Positions 8,407 to 16,167 of a DNA stretch of 17,330 bases are shown one piece after another. A model generated the notes under the pieces. The model was not told the origin of the DNA, ran no database searches, and worked only from the letters and a program-made list of their open reading frames with translations. Position 1 is the stretch's first letter. Every line of letters starts with the position of its first letter. The position numbers were made by a program, and so were the translations under genes. The stretch spans positions 1 to 17,330 of the forward strand of contig JBDRKQ010000225.1 of the NCBI GenBank assembly GCA_043813895.1, written 5' to 3'. The DNA is from Planctomycetota bacterium (lineage in GTDB: Bacteria > Planctomycetota > Phycisphaerae > UBA1845 > UTPLA1).

Positions 8407-8898
8407 TCAGGGGCCTTCGGTGGGTGGCGCCGCCGTGCCACACTCCGGACACTTGCCGCTTTCGTTGCCAGTCAAGTCGTAGCCGCACTTCTCGCAGTGA
8501 CCGGGTGGGATACGCCGGCGATCGCGCCAGCAGAGAAACGCGGTCGGAATGGCGATGATCACGAACACGGGCCAGAGCGGAAGCCAGTAGTAGCTCTGCA
8601 CCGCGGGGGCGCCGAGTGCCGGGACGGGCGGCGTATACGTTCGGGCCATCGGCCACCACCGCCAGCGTCCTTGAAACCAGTACCACCGCACATGCCAACG
8701 GCGGGGAACGAACCGCATCGGAACGTTGCCGTCGATGACTGCGATGCCGCCACCGTTCATCCAGAATCCGTGCGTGCCGGTCTTGTCGTACCACGACAGC
8801 TTGACGGGCCAACTCGCAACCCACAACGCGGCCAGCCCCGTGCAGAGGGCCAACCCCGCCCACTTCAAAATCCGTCGGATTGGTCGGCGGCGCGGCAT
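8407..8898 (-). CDS. Membrane protein with two TM helices and a C-terminal C4 zinc ribbon (CEKCGYDLTGNESGKCPECG); Trp/Arg-rich central domain
   Basis: ORF 8407..9051 (-). The start at ATG 8898 (MPRRRPIRRILKWAGLALCTGLAALWV) lies downstream of the PEP-CTERM terminator at 9033..9060, which argues against the longer ORF. Second TM helix: YYWLPLWPVFVIIAIPTAFL. Good GC3. Confidence 0.65.
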   Translation of the reverse strand: MPRRRPIRRILKWAGLALCTGLAALWVASWPVKLSWYDKTGTHGFWMNGGGIAVIDGNVPMRFVPRRWHVRWYWFQGRWRWWPMARTYTPPVPALGAPAVQSYYWLPLWPVFVIIAIPTAFLCWRDRRRIPPGHCEKCGYDLTGNESGKCPECGTAAPPTEGP

Positions 8899-9032
8899 GG
8901 CGGCATTGTAGCAAGACATCGCTCGAAACCGGCACAGGCGATTCTGGGGCGTTGGGGGGAGAGGTAAGCCTCCCGCATCTGCGCAGCATCGCGTGCCGAG
9001 GTTGCCGAGAATCCTGCTGCCGCTCTCCGGGT

Positions 9033-9060
9033 ATGAAAAAGCCCGCCACATGGACGGGCA
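9033..9060 (-). terminator. Rho-independent terminator for the minus-strand PEP-CTERM gene
   Basis: On the minus strand: GCCCGtCCA-tg-TGGCGGGC stem followed by TTTTTCAT, 27-50 nt downstream of the stop at 9087. Confidence 0.65.
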
Positions 9061-9086
9061 TGGAGTGTTCTACTTGTGGGAGTTGC

Positions 9087-9740
9087 TCAGCGGCGACGAC
9101 GAAGCAGCATCATGCCGCTGAAGGCTACCAGTGTGAGAGTGACGGGCTCCGGGATCATCGTGGCGGTAGTCAGTGCATCTGGGTCAGTGAACGCAGAGCC
9201 GAACCAACCAGCGATTTCGATGACCGTCAAGCCACCGATGTAAGGTTCGGGAGCTGGACTGAAGTCCATGTCAAACGAACCGCCGCTGGGACCCTCGAAG
9301 ATCCCATCACCGAGCTCGTTCATCCAGACGTTGGTCAGGTCGCCGCCGAAAATGCCCGTGGTGGCAAACTTCGTCCACACGCCGGAAATGTCACCGGTAA
9401 TGGTGTCGCCATCGGCGTCTGTGACAATGAACGAGCCGTCGCCGGAGTAGTGGGTCGCATCAATCATGGCAACCTGCATGGTGAGCGCAAAGTCCGCCGT
9501 CCCGCCAGTGAAATCCGGCAGGTAGCTGGCGGTACCCGTTGCGGGTATGTCCCGAGTGACATCGCCAGTGGTGTTGCTGTCGGGAGTCATGCTCCAGGTT
9601 GTGGCTCCATCATACACGCCAGTGATGTCGGTGAAACCGAACGTAAAGATTGGCCCCGCAGTCGCCGTCTGATCCGCAGCAAGGACGATCAGCAAGGCAA
9701 CAACTAAGGCGACTGTTTTCGAGTTGAGCACTGTGTTCAT
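9087..9740 (-). CDS. PEP-CTERM sorting-domain protein (secreted; Thr/Gly/Asp-rich)
   Basis: Signal peptide MNTVLNSKTVALVVALLIVLAADQTATA. C-terminus IPEPVTLTLVAFSGMMLLRRRR is PEP-CTERM. Confidence 0.85.
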   Translation of the reverse strand: MNTVLNSKTVALVVALLIVLAADQTATAGPIFTFGFTDITGVYDGATTWSMTPDSNTTGDVTRDIPATGTASYLPDFTGGTADFALTMQVAMIDATHYSGDGSFIVTDADGDTITGDISGVWTKFATTGIFGGDLTNVWMNELGDGIFEGPSGGSFDMDFSPAPEPYIGGLTVIEIAGWFGSAFTDPDALTTATMIPEPVTLTLVAFSGMMLLRRRR

Positions 9741-10123
9741 CGTTCATTATCCCTCATTCATGATCGTTGAAGTCCCGCGCCACGAGACGAAGTACAACTC
9801 CCCCTCTTGTGATGTTGCTTGGCAATGTTGTGGAGGACTGTCCGTGCGAGTGTCGCGCCAGCGGAGTGGCTGGACCATTATTCACACGAAGTCCGCAAAG
9901 ATGACGACGGATGCGCGGAAAGCCCAATCCTTATCGCGACGTAAAACTCGGCAAGCTGTAGGGTTTCGAGCGATATGAATACGCCACACACCACGCGAGG
10001 CAGTGCAAAACGCGCAAGCGCCTGTCCAGGCACGAGGTATGGAAAAGGAACCGCGAAACTCCCCGGTGTCGCGTGGCGGCAACAACTTCGCGGCGTCGGG
10101 GGCGGCTATCGGACCAGGGCGAC

Positions 10124-11467
10124 TCAGTCTTCATCCGGCTGGGACGCATCGCCGGTATCCTTCGCATCGCCCGTCATGCGGCCGGCGATTGAGCGGCTGA
10201 GTTCGCGGAAGTCCACGCCCAAGATGCCCTCAAGTGCCGCCAGCGATTCCGCCAGGACTTTTGCGCGCGCCATCGCAGCGCCGGCAATCGCCTGACCGCT
10301 TCCGCCGTCGATGACCGTCACGTCGCGAAGTTCGATCCCTTCGATGGTCTTGGCGAGATCGGTTACGACTTTTGGCATCAACTCGACTAGCATGACCTTC
10401 AGCGCTTCGGGGTGTTTCTGAATTGCCTGGCCGATCGACTCGACCGCTGCGGCTCTGGCCTTGCCCTCTTCCAGGACCAATGCGGCATCGCCTTGGGCCT
10501 TGGCGAGTGCCACGTCACGATCGGCGATCGCGGCCTGAACCTGGGTCGCCTTCAACCTCGCTCCCTCGGCCATCGCGGCGGCTTCCTGCTGTTCGGTCTC
10601 CTTCAGTGCGGCCGCACGCGCGAGTTCCGCCTTGCGAATCCGCAGCGCGTTTTCCGCCTCGGCGATGGCTTTCTCCGACGACAATCTCGCTTCCTCGGCA
10701 CGCTGGTGCGCGGTGGCTTCCGTGGTCCTCGCCTCGGAGTCGCGATCGGCCTTCGCCTGACGCGCGGCAGCCGCGGCCTCGGCTTCCCGGATGGTCGCTT
10801 CGGATGCCCGGCCTGCTTCGGCTTTGCGGGCTTCCGAAACGACCTGGGCGCGCGCCTTGCGCGCGATCGACTCGAGGTACTGTTCATCGTCATGGACGTT
10901 CTGGATGTTCACACTATCGATGACCAGTCCGAGCTTGCAGAAATCGTCCGTGACCTCCTTCATCACTGTGGCGACGAACATGTCACGGTCTTCGACAATC
11001 TCCTCCGGGCGCATCTTGCCGACGACGGCGCGCAGGCCGCCTTCAAGCGTCTCTCGCGCGACGCGTTGTATCTCCTGCACCGGCTGGCCTAGGAATCGCT
11101 CGATCGCGTTGGGACGCAGCTCGGGGCTTGACGCGATTTTCACGTTGGCGACGCCGGTGATAATCACCGGCAACATGGTGCCGCCGCCTGATTGGGCCTT
11201 GACCTCCAGTCCGACTTGCAGGTTGCGCAGGCTGAGGCGGGCGACTTTCTCGATGATGGGAATCACCGGTGTCCTACCACCAATCAGGATGCGGTATCCC
11301 AATCCTGTCTTCTGACGCCCGCCGCTGATAATCAACATCTCACTGGGATTGCCGACGACCATCAGCTTGGCGACGATGAGCACGATCGCCAGAATCGCCA
11401 GCAGGACGAAGCCTCCGATCACCATGCCGGCGCCGGTGCTATCCGCGAGTAGACAGATGCTATTCAC
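10124..11467 (-). CDS. Flotillin / SPFH (band-7) family protein, YqiK/FloA-like
   Basis: N-terminal TM (MVIGGFVLLAILAIVLIVAKL), an SPFH domain, and a long Ala/Glu/Arg-rich coiled-coil (EA-repeat) region typical of flotillins. The GTG start at 11467 overlaps the NfeD stop (GTGA). An ATG 14 codons downstream is an alternative start. Confidence 0.9.
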   Translation of the reverse strand: MNSICLLADSTGAGMVIGGFVLLAILAIVLIVAKLMVVGNPSEMLIISGGRQKTGLGYRILIGGRTPVIPIIEKVARLSLRNLQVGLEVKAQSGGGTMLPVIITGVANVKIASSPELRPNAIERFLGQPVQEIQRVARETLEGGLRAVVGKMRPEEIVEDRDMFVATVMKEVTDDFCKLGLVIDSVNIQNVHDDEQYLESIARKARAQVVSEARKAEAGRASEATIREAEAAAAARQAKADRDSEARTTEATAHQRAEEARLSSEKAIAEAENALRIRKAELARAAALKETEQQEAAAMAEGARLKATQVQAAIADRDVALAKAQGDAALVLEEGKARAAAVESIGQAIQKHPEALKVMLVELMPKVVTDLAKTIEGIELRDVTVIDGGSGQAIAGAAMARAKVLAESLAALEGILGVDFRELSRSIAGRMTGDAKDTGDASQPDED

Positions 11468-12237
11468 TGTTTGCCTCCTTTTTGCGTATGGTTGAGGAAC
11501 TCGAACTCCTTGCGAGAGACGACCTTGGCGACACCTCCCCCATACGCCAGGACGCCCACTTCTTCCCCCGCTTGAAAGGCGTCGTCGGCATGTTTCGACG
11601 TCGCCGGGATGTACTGCTGCCCCCCGAGAACCGTCAGCGCAATCTCGCCCTTGATCGTGTGGCTGACAGGAATCGTCACACGGGCGACCTGGTTCACGTA
11701 ATCCGCAGTCCGGAGCGCACTATTGCCGGAGGCACGGCGAATCCTGCGGAATAGTCGGTGCACGCATTGCCCCGCCACGATGCCGCCCACGACGGAAACG
11801 CCCAGCGTGGCATATGCACCCACGGCTGTCATGTGCGTCAAGACAACGCCGAGAACGCCGAACGTTGCCAGGAAGAACACGAGAAAGCGAATGGAAAACC
11901 ACGACGCCAGTGACGATGCTTCACCGATGTGGCCGTCAGTGTGGTGCGCCGCGCCCGCGTCAACGTGGGCGTCGACCCCCGCGGCATCGGCATCGATGTC
12001 GCCAGCAACGTGGCCGCCGAGATCGACGTCTGCGTCTGTCGAAACATCAATGTCCGCGTGGAAATCGGCGTCGAAATCCGTGTCCGCGCCGACGGAGATA
12101 TCAACGTCCGCGTCCGCATGGTGCCCGCTGAGTGAGGAGATGAGCACCAGCCCAGCGCCGACGGTCCCGCAGGCCCAATAGACCGTGGTCAAAAGTGGGA
12201 TCTCGGAAGCGGCGAACACCCATGGCAAATCGACCAC
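11464..12237 (-). CDS. NfeD-like membrane protein (YqiJ/YuaF-like, flotillin-associated) with C-terminal OB-fold; contains an Asp/His-rich low-complexity loop
   Basis: The C-terminal VARVTIPVSHTIKGEIALTVLGGQQYIPATSKHADDAFQAGEEVGVLAYGGGVAKVV matches the NfeD beta-barrel. TM helices lie upstream. Proposed start is GTG at 12237, preceded by GAAGGAGG with 7-nt spacing. The alternative ATG at 12420 would add 61 aa. The rest of the 528-aa ORF up to 13050 overlaps a well-supported opposite-strand gene and is rejected. Confidence 0.7.
   Translation of the reverse strand: MVDLPWVFAASEIPLLTTVYWACGTVGAGLVLISSLSGHHADADVDISVGADTDFDADFHADIDVSTDADVDLGGHVAGDIDADAAGVDAHVDAGAAHHTDGHIGEASSLASWFSIRFLVFFLATFGVLGVVLTHMTAVGAYATLGVSVVGGIVAGQCVHRLFRRIRRASGNSALRTADYVNQVARVTIPVSHTIKGEIALTVLGGQQYIPATSKHADDAFQAGEEVGVLAYGGGVAKVVSRKEFEFLNHTQKGGKQ
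11926..12120 (-). repeat. Coding low-complexity repeat: Asp/His-rich (DxD/HxD) about 65-aa insert in the NfeD-like protein
   Basis: Protein: HHADADVDISVGADTDFDADFHADIDVSTDADVDLGGHVAGDIDADAAGVDAHVDAGAAHHTDGH. The DNA shows reiterated gacgtcga/gccgacg/atcgatg units. Confidence 0.6.
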
Positions 12238-12484
12238 AATCGAGCCTCCTTCGGCCACTGTGACCCGGCAGACCTCGCCGGATGAAAGGCTTACAATAAC
12301 AATGTACAGCGAAGCCGGTCCGCCGGCCACTCTAATCTCGCGGCGGGAATATAGTAGCGAGCCGAAGCGGGAATGAAGCGCCGATCCTGGGGTAGAGGCC
12401 AGATGCGGGACGGCAGCCATTGGCGCCCCTGGCGGGTCACTCGCCTGTGTGGCGCACGTGGCGTCGCGAGGAAAACACTGGTGG

Positions 12485-12504
12485 GCAAGCCACCAGTGGC
12501 ACCC
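12485..12504. repeat. 20-bp motif GCAAGCCACCAGTGGCACCC, copy A; contains CCAC-ca-GTGG inverted repeat
   Basis: Identical to 15003..15022 at 19/20 positions. It lies about 40 nt upstream of the small zinc-ribbon gene start, in the NfeD divergent promoter region. Confidence 0.55.
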
Positions 12505-12543
12505 ACAAAGTTGGGGCGACAATGCACTAGAGGAGGCGCCACG

Positions 12544-12849
12544 ATGACCCAACTCGAGATGTTCGCTGTGAATATCAAGCTGCTCATCGGGCTGCTTGTA
12601 TTCGGGCTCCTCCTTGTCCTGCTGGTCGTCAGCACGTGGACAGGGATCAAGGTGTGGCTCTTCCGGGGCAGGCAACGGCGCGGGGCACAAGAGGAGTTCA
12701 ACCGTCGACACCGGCCGGACGGCACGCTCCTTCCGCCCGTCGCCGCCGGCATGTGCGGTCAGTGCAGCGGCGCGTTTGACAAGGTGTATCACCTCCCGGA
12801 CGGGCGCCGGCTCTGTGAACAATGCTACGAAGAAACGGAGGGCGTGTAA
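12544..12849 (+). CDS. Small membrane-anchored C4 zinc-ribbon protein (101 aa)
   Basis: The ATG at 12544 is preceded by AGGAGG with 7-nt spacing. MTQLEMFAVNIKLLIGLLVFGLLLVLLVVSTWTGIKVW is a TM helix. The C-terminus CGQCSGAF...HLPDGRRLCEQC is a zinc ribbon. High GC3. It lies inside the 158-aa ORF-track entry 12373..12849, whose N-terminal extension is junk. Confidence 0.65.
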   Translation: MTQLEMFAVNIKLLIGLLVFGLLLVLLVVSTWTGIKVWLFRGRQRRGAQEEFNRRHRPDGTLLPPVAAGMCGQCSGAFDKVYHLPDGRRLCEQCYEETEGV

Positions 12850-13128
12850 GCTGCGGCTGGCCTTCCAGCTGTGGTCGGCGTATCCTATGAAGAAGGCCCG
12901 CCGTTGGTCAGCCCCCCCCACCCCTGGCGTGGCCGGGATGTCCGTGCTTTGCCGTGTTGTCCGCGTATGCAATGAAGTAAGGAGTTGCGCAGGAATAACG
13001 TAAACGGTTGATCCGCCAAACGGCAAGCCAGCAGGCCAGCCAAGCGGCAAAATCAGCTATGTTATTCTCGCCCATCTGCTAACCCCGCCGTTGGCTGGTG
13101 TCCACGAGTCCCTTACGGATCACGATCT

Positions 13129-14277
13129 ATGTCCAGCAAACAGACCCTCGACGACAAAGTCTATACAGTCGGTCCGGACCGCATGCTCAGCATGAAGGAC
13201 CTGCTCGACTACTTCGAGCAGCAGGGCAAGATGCGGGTGTCGGACCTGCACATCAAGGCCGGTTGTCCGCCGGTCTATCGCGTGGACGGGCTGTTGCAGC
13301 GCATGAAGGGACCGCCGTTGGACGCGGCCACTGCCAAGGCACTTGTCTATAGCTTGCTCAGCGACAACGAGATCAAAACGCTGAAACAGAATCGCTCTGT
13401 GGACAGCTCATGTTCCACCAAGATGATCCAGTTTCGCCTGAACTGCTTCTACGAGAACGACGGCCTAGCCGTCGCGCTGCGGGCGCTGTTCGCCGACGTG
13501 CCGCCGGTCGAGGAGATCGGATTCCCCAACGGCGTCTGGCGCGACATCATCAACAAACAGCAAGGGCTCGTCCTCATCACCGGCATCACCGGCGCGGGCA
13601 AGTCCACGACCATCGCATCGCTCATCGACCGCATCGCGGAGACGCGACCGTGCAGGATCGTCACGTTGGAGGACCCGATCGAGTATCGCCTCAAGAGCAG
13701 GGCGGCGGTTATCTCCCAGCGCGAGGTCGGACGCGACGTGCCGAGCTTCGAACGCGGCCTGCGGGACTGCCTGCGAGAGGACCCGGACGTGATCTTTGTC
13801 GGCGAGATGCGTGACATGGACTCTACGTCTTGGACGTTGACGGCTGCCGAAACGGGCCACCTTGTCTTCTCGACGCTGCACACGCGCGACGCCCGCGGAA
13901 GCATTACGAGAATCCTCGACCTCTTCCCGCCGAATCGACAGGACGAGGTTGCGAGCCAGCTCTCACTCGGCCTCAGTCACATCTTTTCGCAGAAGCTCAT
14001 TCCCCGGGCCGACGGAAAGGGCCGCGTTGTGGCGATGGAGATACTCAACAACATCTACGCGGTCTCCAACCTCATCCGGCAGTCCAAGACCGAGCAGATA
14101 TACTCACAGATGCAGACGCGCACGAAGGACATCCCCACCGAGCGCATGGTCACGCTGGAGCGATCCCTCGCCGGGCTTGTCCACCGTGGCCTCGCCACGC
14201 CGCTTGAAGCCGAAAAGTGGGCCAACAACCCCAACGCGTTCGTCGAAGAAATGCAAATCGCAGGCGAACGGGCGTGA
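13129..14277 (+). CDS. pilT: Type IV pilus retraction ATPase PilT (twitching motility protein)
   Basis: Walker A GITGAGKST, Asp box RIVTLEDPIEY, Walker B DVIFVGEMRD, His box HLVFSTLHT, and the PilT-specific AIRNLIRE-like motif (AVSNLIRQ). Confidence 0.92.
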   Translation: MSSKQTLDDKVYTVGPDRMLSMKDLLDYFEQQGKMRVSDLHIKAGCPPVYRVDGLLQRMKGPPLDAATAKALVYSLLSDNEIKTLKQNRSVDSSCSTKMIQFRLNCFYENDGLAVALRALFADVPPVEEIGFPNGVWRDIINKQQGLVLITGITGAGKSTTIASLIDRIAETRPCRIVTLEDPIEYRLKSRAAVISQREVGRDVPSFERGLRDCLREDPDVIFVGEMRDMDSTSWTLTAAETGHLVFSTLHTRDARGSITRILDLFPPNRQDEVASQLSLGLSHIFSQKLIPRADGKGRVVAMEILNNIYAVSNLIRQSKTEQIYSQMQTRTKDIPTERMVTLERSLAGLVHRGLATPLEAEKWANNPNAFVEEMQIAGERA

Positions 14278-14289
14278 CCCCGTCTCCCA

Positions 14290-14901
14290 TCAATACGGAT
14301 ACACGCGAATCGCTTTCTGGGGCGTTGTCGGACAGCGGAATTGGCACACGCCGCACCCGATACAGCCGCGGCCGATGTCCCCGGGATCGATGACCTTCAC
14401 ACGCCCCGCGTCGTCAAGCTGGATGGCCACGCGCTCAAGAGGACAAGCATCCAGGCACGCCTCGCATGGGTCGCCCTTGATGCGGAGGCAGAGGTTGGGT
14501 TCGACGCGCGCGAGCCCTACCCGAATGCCGAACTTGTCAACTTGTTGCAGCGCACCGCTCGGACACGCCGCTGTACAGGCAATCTCGTCGCAGACGACAC
14601 ACGGCTGCTTCGCCGGGTCGATCCGCGGCGTCCCGTCGAGTCGCGTGTCCCGGCTGCGAAGTTGCTCGATCGCGTTGGCGGGACACGCGTCCACACAACT
14701 CCCACACCGATAGCACGTGTCGAGAAACTCCGCCTCAGACAGGGCGCCGGGCGGGCGGAGGTGACAACGAACTGTGGTCAAGCCTTCCGGCAGACGCTCG
14801 TCGAGGTAGTTCGCCAGCGGGCGCAGAATCCGGGACAGCCCCGCAGCAAAAAAGCCGCGGCGGCTGTGCGGTGGCAGGTCTTCGAGGCGTTCGTCCGTCA
14901 T
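14290..14901 (-). CDS. 4Fe-4S ferredoxin-type protein, NapF/MauM-like (four Cys clusters) with N-terminal twin-arginine-like motif
   Basis: Four CxxCxxCxxxCP-type motifs: CYRCGSCVDACP, CVVCDEIACTAACP, C..CEACLDACP, CIGCGVCQFRCP. N-terminal SRRGFFAAG resembles the vestigial Tat motif of NapF. Confidence 0.85.
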   Translation of the reverse strand: MTDERLEDLPPHSRRGFFAAGLSRILRPLANYLDERLPEGLTTVRCHLRPPGALSEAEFLDTCYRCGSCVDACPANAIEQLRSRDTRLDGTPRIDPAKQPCVVCDEIACTAACPSGALQQVDKFGIRVGLARVEPNLCLRIKGDPCEACLDACPLERVAIQLDDAGRVKVIDPGDIGRGCIGCGVCQFRCPTTPQKAIRVYPY

Positions 14902-15002
14902 GATTCACGCGAGATTATCTTAGTGCCGCCATTTGCCGCGGACAATCCGGTATCGGTACGCCCTGGGGACACGGACGGCTTGACCGCGTGTCGGCACTGT
15001 CA

Positions 15003-15022
15003 GCAAGCTACCAGTGGCACCC
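15003..15022. repeat. 20-bp motif GCAAGCTACCAGTGGCACCC, copy B
   Basis: 19/20 identical to 12485..12504. It lies in the divergent ferredoxin/fur intergenic region, about 100 nt upstream of the ferredoxin start and about 145 nt upstream of the fur start. Confidence 0.55.
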
Positions 15023-15075
15023 GCTCGTCAAAGTGCACCAGTACCGGCAACCCGCGGGTTTCGACGGGAGTCCCC

Positions 15076-15105
15076 TTGCCGCGTCGTATCCCTCGGATGT
15101 AAAGT
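15076..15105 (+). promoter_or_regulatory. Candidate sigma70-type promoter for fur (TTGCCG-N18-TAAAGT)
   Basis: Hexamers read directly, about 60 nt upstream of the fur ATG. Confidence 0.25.
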
Positions 15106-15167
15106 CTTGGCGAGAGCTGGCCACACGGAGACGCGAGTTGCGACAGAACGGATGCCGAGGGTGGTCG

Positions 15168-15650
15168 ATGCCCAAGCCCGTGAACCCGAGAGCCGTCGAA
15201 AACGCGGAGAGGGTCTTTCGCAAGTACCTTCTGGAACGCGGCTTGAAGTACACCGGCGAGCGCCGGTTGCTCGTTCAGGCCGTGATGCGGAACGACGGCC
15301 ATTTTGAAGCGGAGCAGCTCCTGCTGGACATGCGTCAAGCGGCGGAACGTGTGGGCAAGGCGACCGTGTACCGCACGCTGAAGCTGCTCGTCGATTGCGG
15401 AATCGTTCGGGAAGTACACTTCACCAACAAGCAGGTACACTATGAACACGCGCACGGCGAGGCCCCGCACGATCACATGATCTGCCGGCATTGCGGCCGG
15501 ATCATCGAGTTCGACGCCGCAGATGTGCTGCGACTTCGCGAAGAGATTGCACGCGAGCATGGTTTTCACTCGCAGTCGCATCGCTTCCAGATACGGGGTT
15601 TTTGCGCGGCGTGCGTCGAGGCGGAGGGCGAGAACCTGATGCCGGAGTAG
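15168..15650 (+). CDS. fur: Fur-family metal-responsive transcriptional regulator (Fur/Zur/PerR family)
   Basis: Winged-helix region ...KATVYRTLKLLVDCGIV. Metal site HAHGEAPHDHMICRHCGRIIEF matches HHDHLICxxCGxxxEF of Fur proteins. Start at ATG 15168, after GAGGGTGG. The ORF-track start at 14988 is an extension. Confidence 0.88.
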   Translation: MPKPVNPRAVENAERVFRKYLLERGLKYTGERRLLVQAVMRNDGHFEAEQLLLDMRQAAERVGKATVYRTLKLLVDCGIVREVHFTNKQVHYEHAHGEAPHDHMICRHCGRIIEFDAADVLRLREEIAREHGFHSQSHRFQIRGFCAACVEAEGENLMPE

Positions 15651-15720
15651 GCGGGCCGCTTGCAGACGTGCGATCCTCTGGTCAGAGAGCGGTCTGCGCC
15701 CATATGTGGGTGCCCTCTCG

Positions 15721-15740
15721 GTAAGCGGCGACCGCTTGCT
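15721..15740 (+). terminator. Possible weak terminator hairpin after fur (GTAAGCGG-cga-CCGCTTGC, short T run)
   Basis: Inverted repeat 70 nt after the fur stop. The U-tract is poor. Confidence 0.3.
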
Positions 15741-16167
15741 TACGCGCGCGGCTCTGGTCATGCCCACACGTTCTCCAGTTGCATCGCGCGCGAGCCAACT
15801 GTTCGGTCGCCTTCCTGAGCGGCTCAGCAAAGTGCCGCGTAGGTGAAGAACGTGAGAATCAGAATCTTGGCTCGGCGGTTGAGTTGATCTGTCAGCCAGT
15901 TTGCTGTTGAAAGAACCATCGCCTTTTCCCCCTCGCTCTCTGCGGCGGCCCGGTTTCGAGTCGCGTGTTGGGTCTCTCGTCCCAGCGTTGTAGTGAGCAA
16001 GGGGCGTTCTCGATCCGGAATCCGGCCGACGGCAGATTGGGGCATTGTAACGTGCGGCGCTCCAGGGGGTTATGGCCCGCCGTCCTTAGCTGGCGGACTG
16101 GACCCGCTGTGCCGATTATGAGAGACTGTTGCGAGGAAGCGCGCCGGCGAGTGGGCCTCTGGCGGCA

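Noticed and set aside
7543-11092. Antisense or alternative-frame ORFs: 7543..8112 (-), 8245..8967 (+), 8880..9707 (+), 10412..11092 (+), 5990..6826 (-), 13862..14713 (+), 14341..15102 (+)
   Set aside because: Each lies opposite, or out of frame within, a gene with clear domain signatures. All have Arg/Pro/Ser-rich shadow composition.
11464-13050. Full 528-aa minus ORF as one protein
   Set aside because: Only the distal part is NfeD-like. The region above about 12540 overlaps the SD-supported small zinc-ribbon gene on the opposite strand and the divergent promoter region. An internal GTG at 12237 with a perfect SD, or the ATG at 12420, is the likelier start.
14988-15830. Extended fur ORF (start 14988) and 276-aa antisense ORF 15000..15830
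   Set aside because: The Fur winged helix starts near 15168, with an SD just before it. The upstream extension is the promoter region. The antisense ORF is a shadow of fur.
15940-16110. Possible tRNA, SRP RNA or RNase P RNA in the long spacer (GGTTTCGAGTC T-loop-like, CCGGAAUCCGG)
   Set aside because: The flanks do not form T-stem or acceptor pairing. There is no GGAAAGUCCGG or ACAGAAcCCGGCUUA RNase P block, and no SRP domain IV pattern. These are resemblances only.
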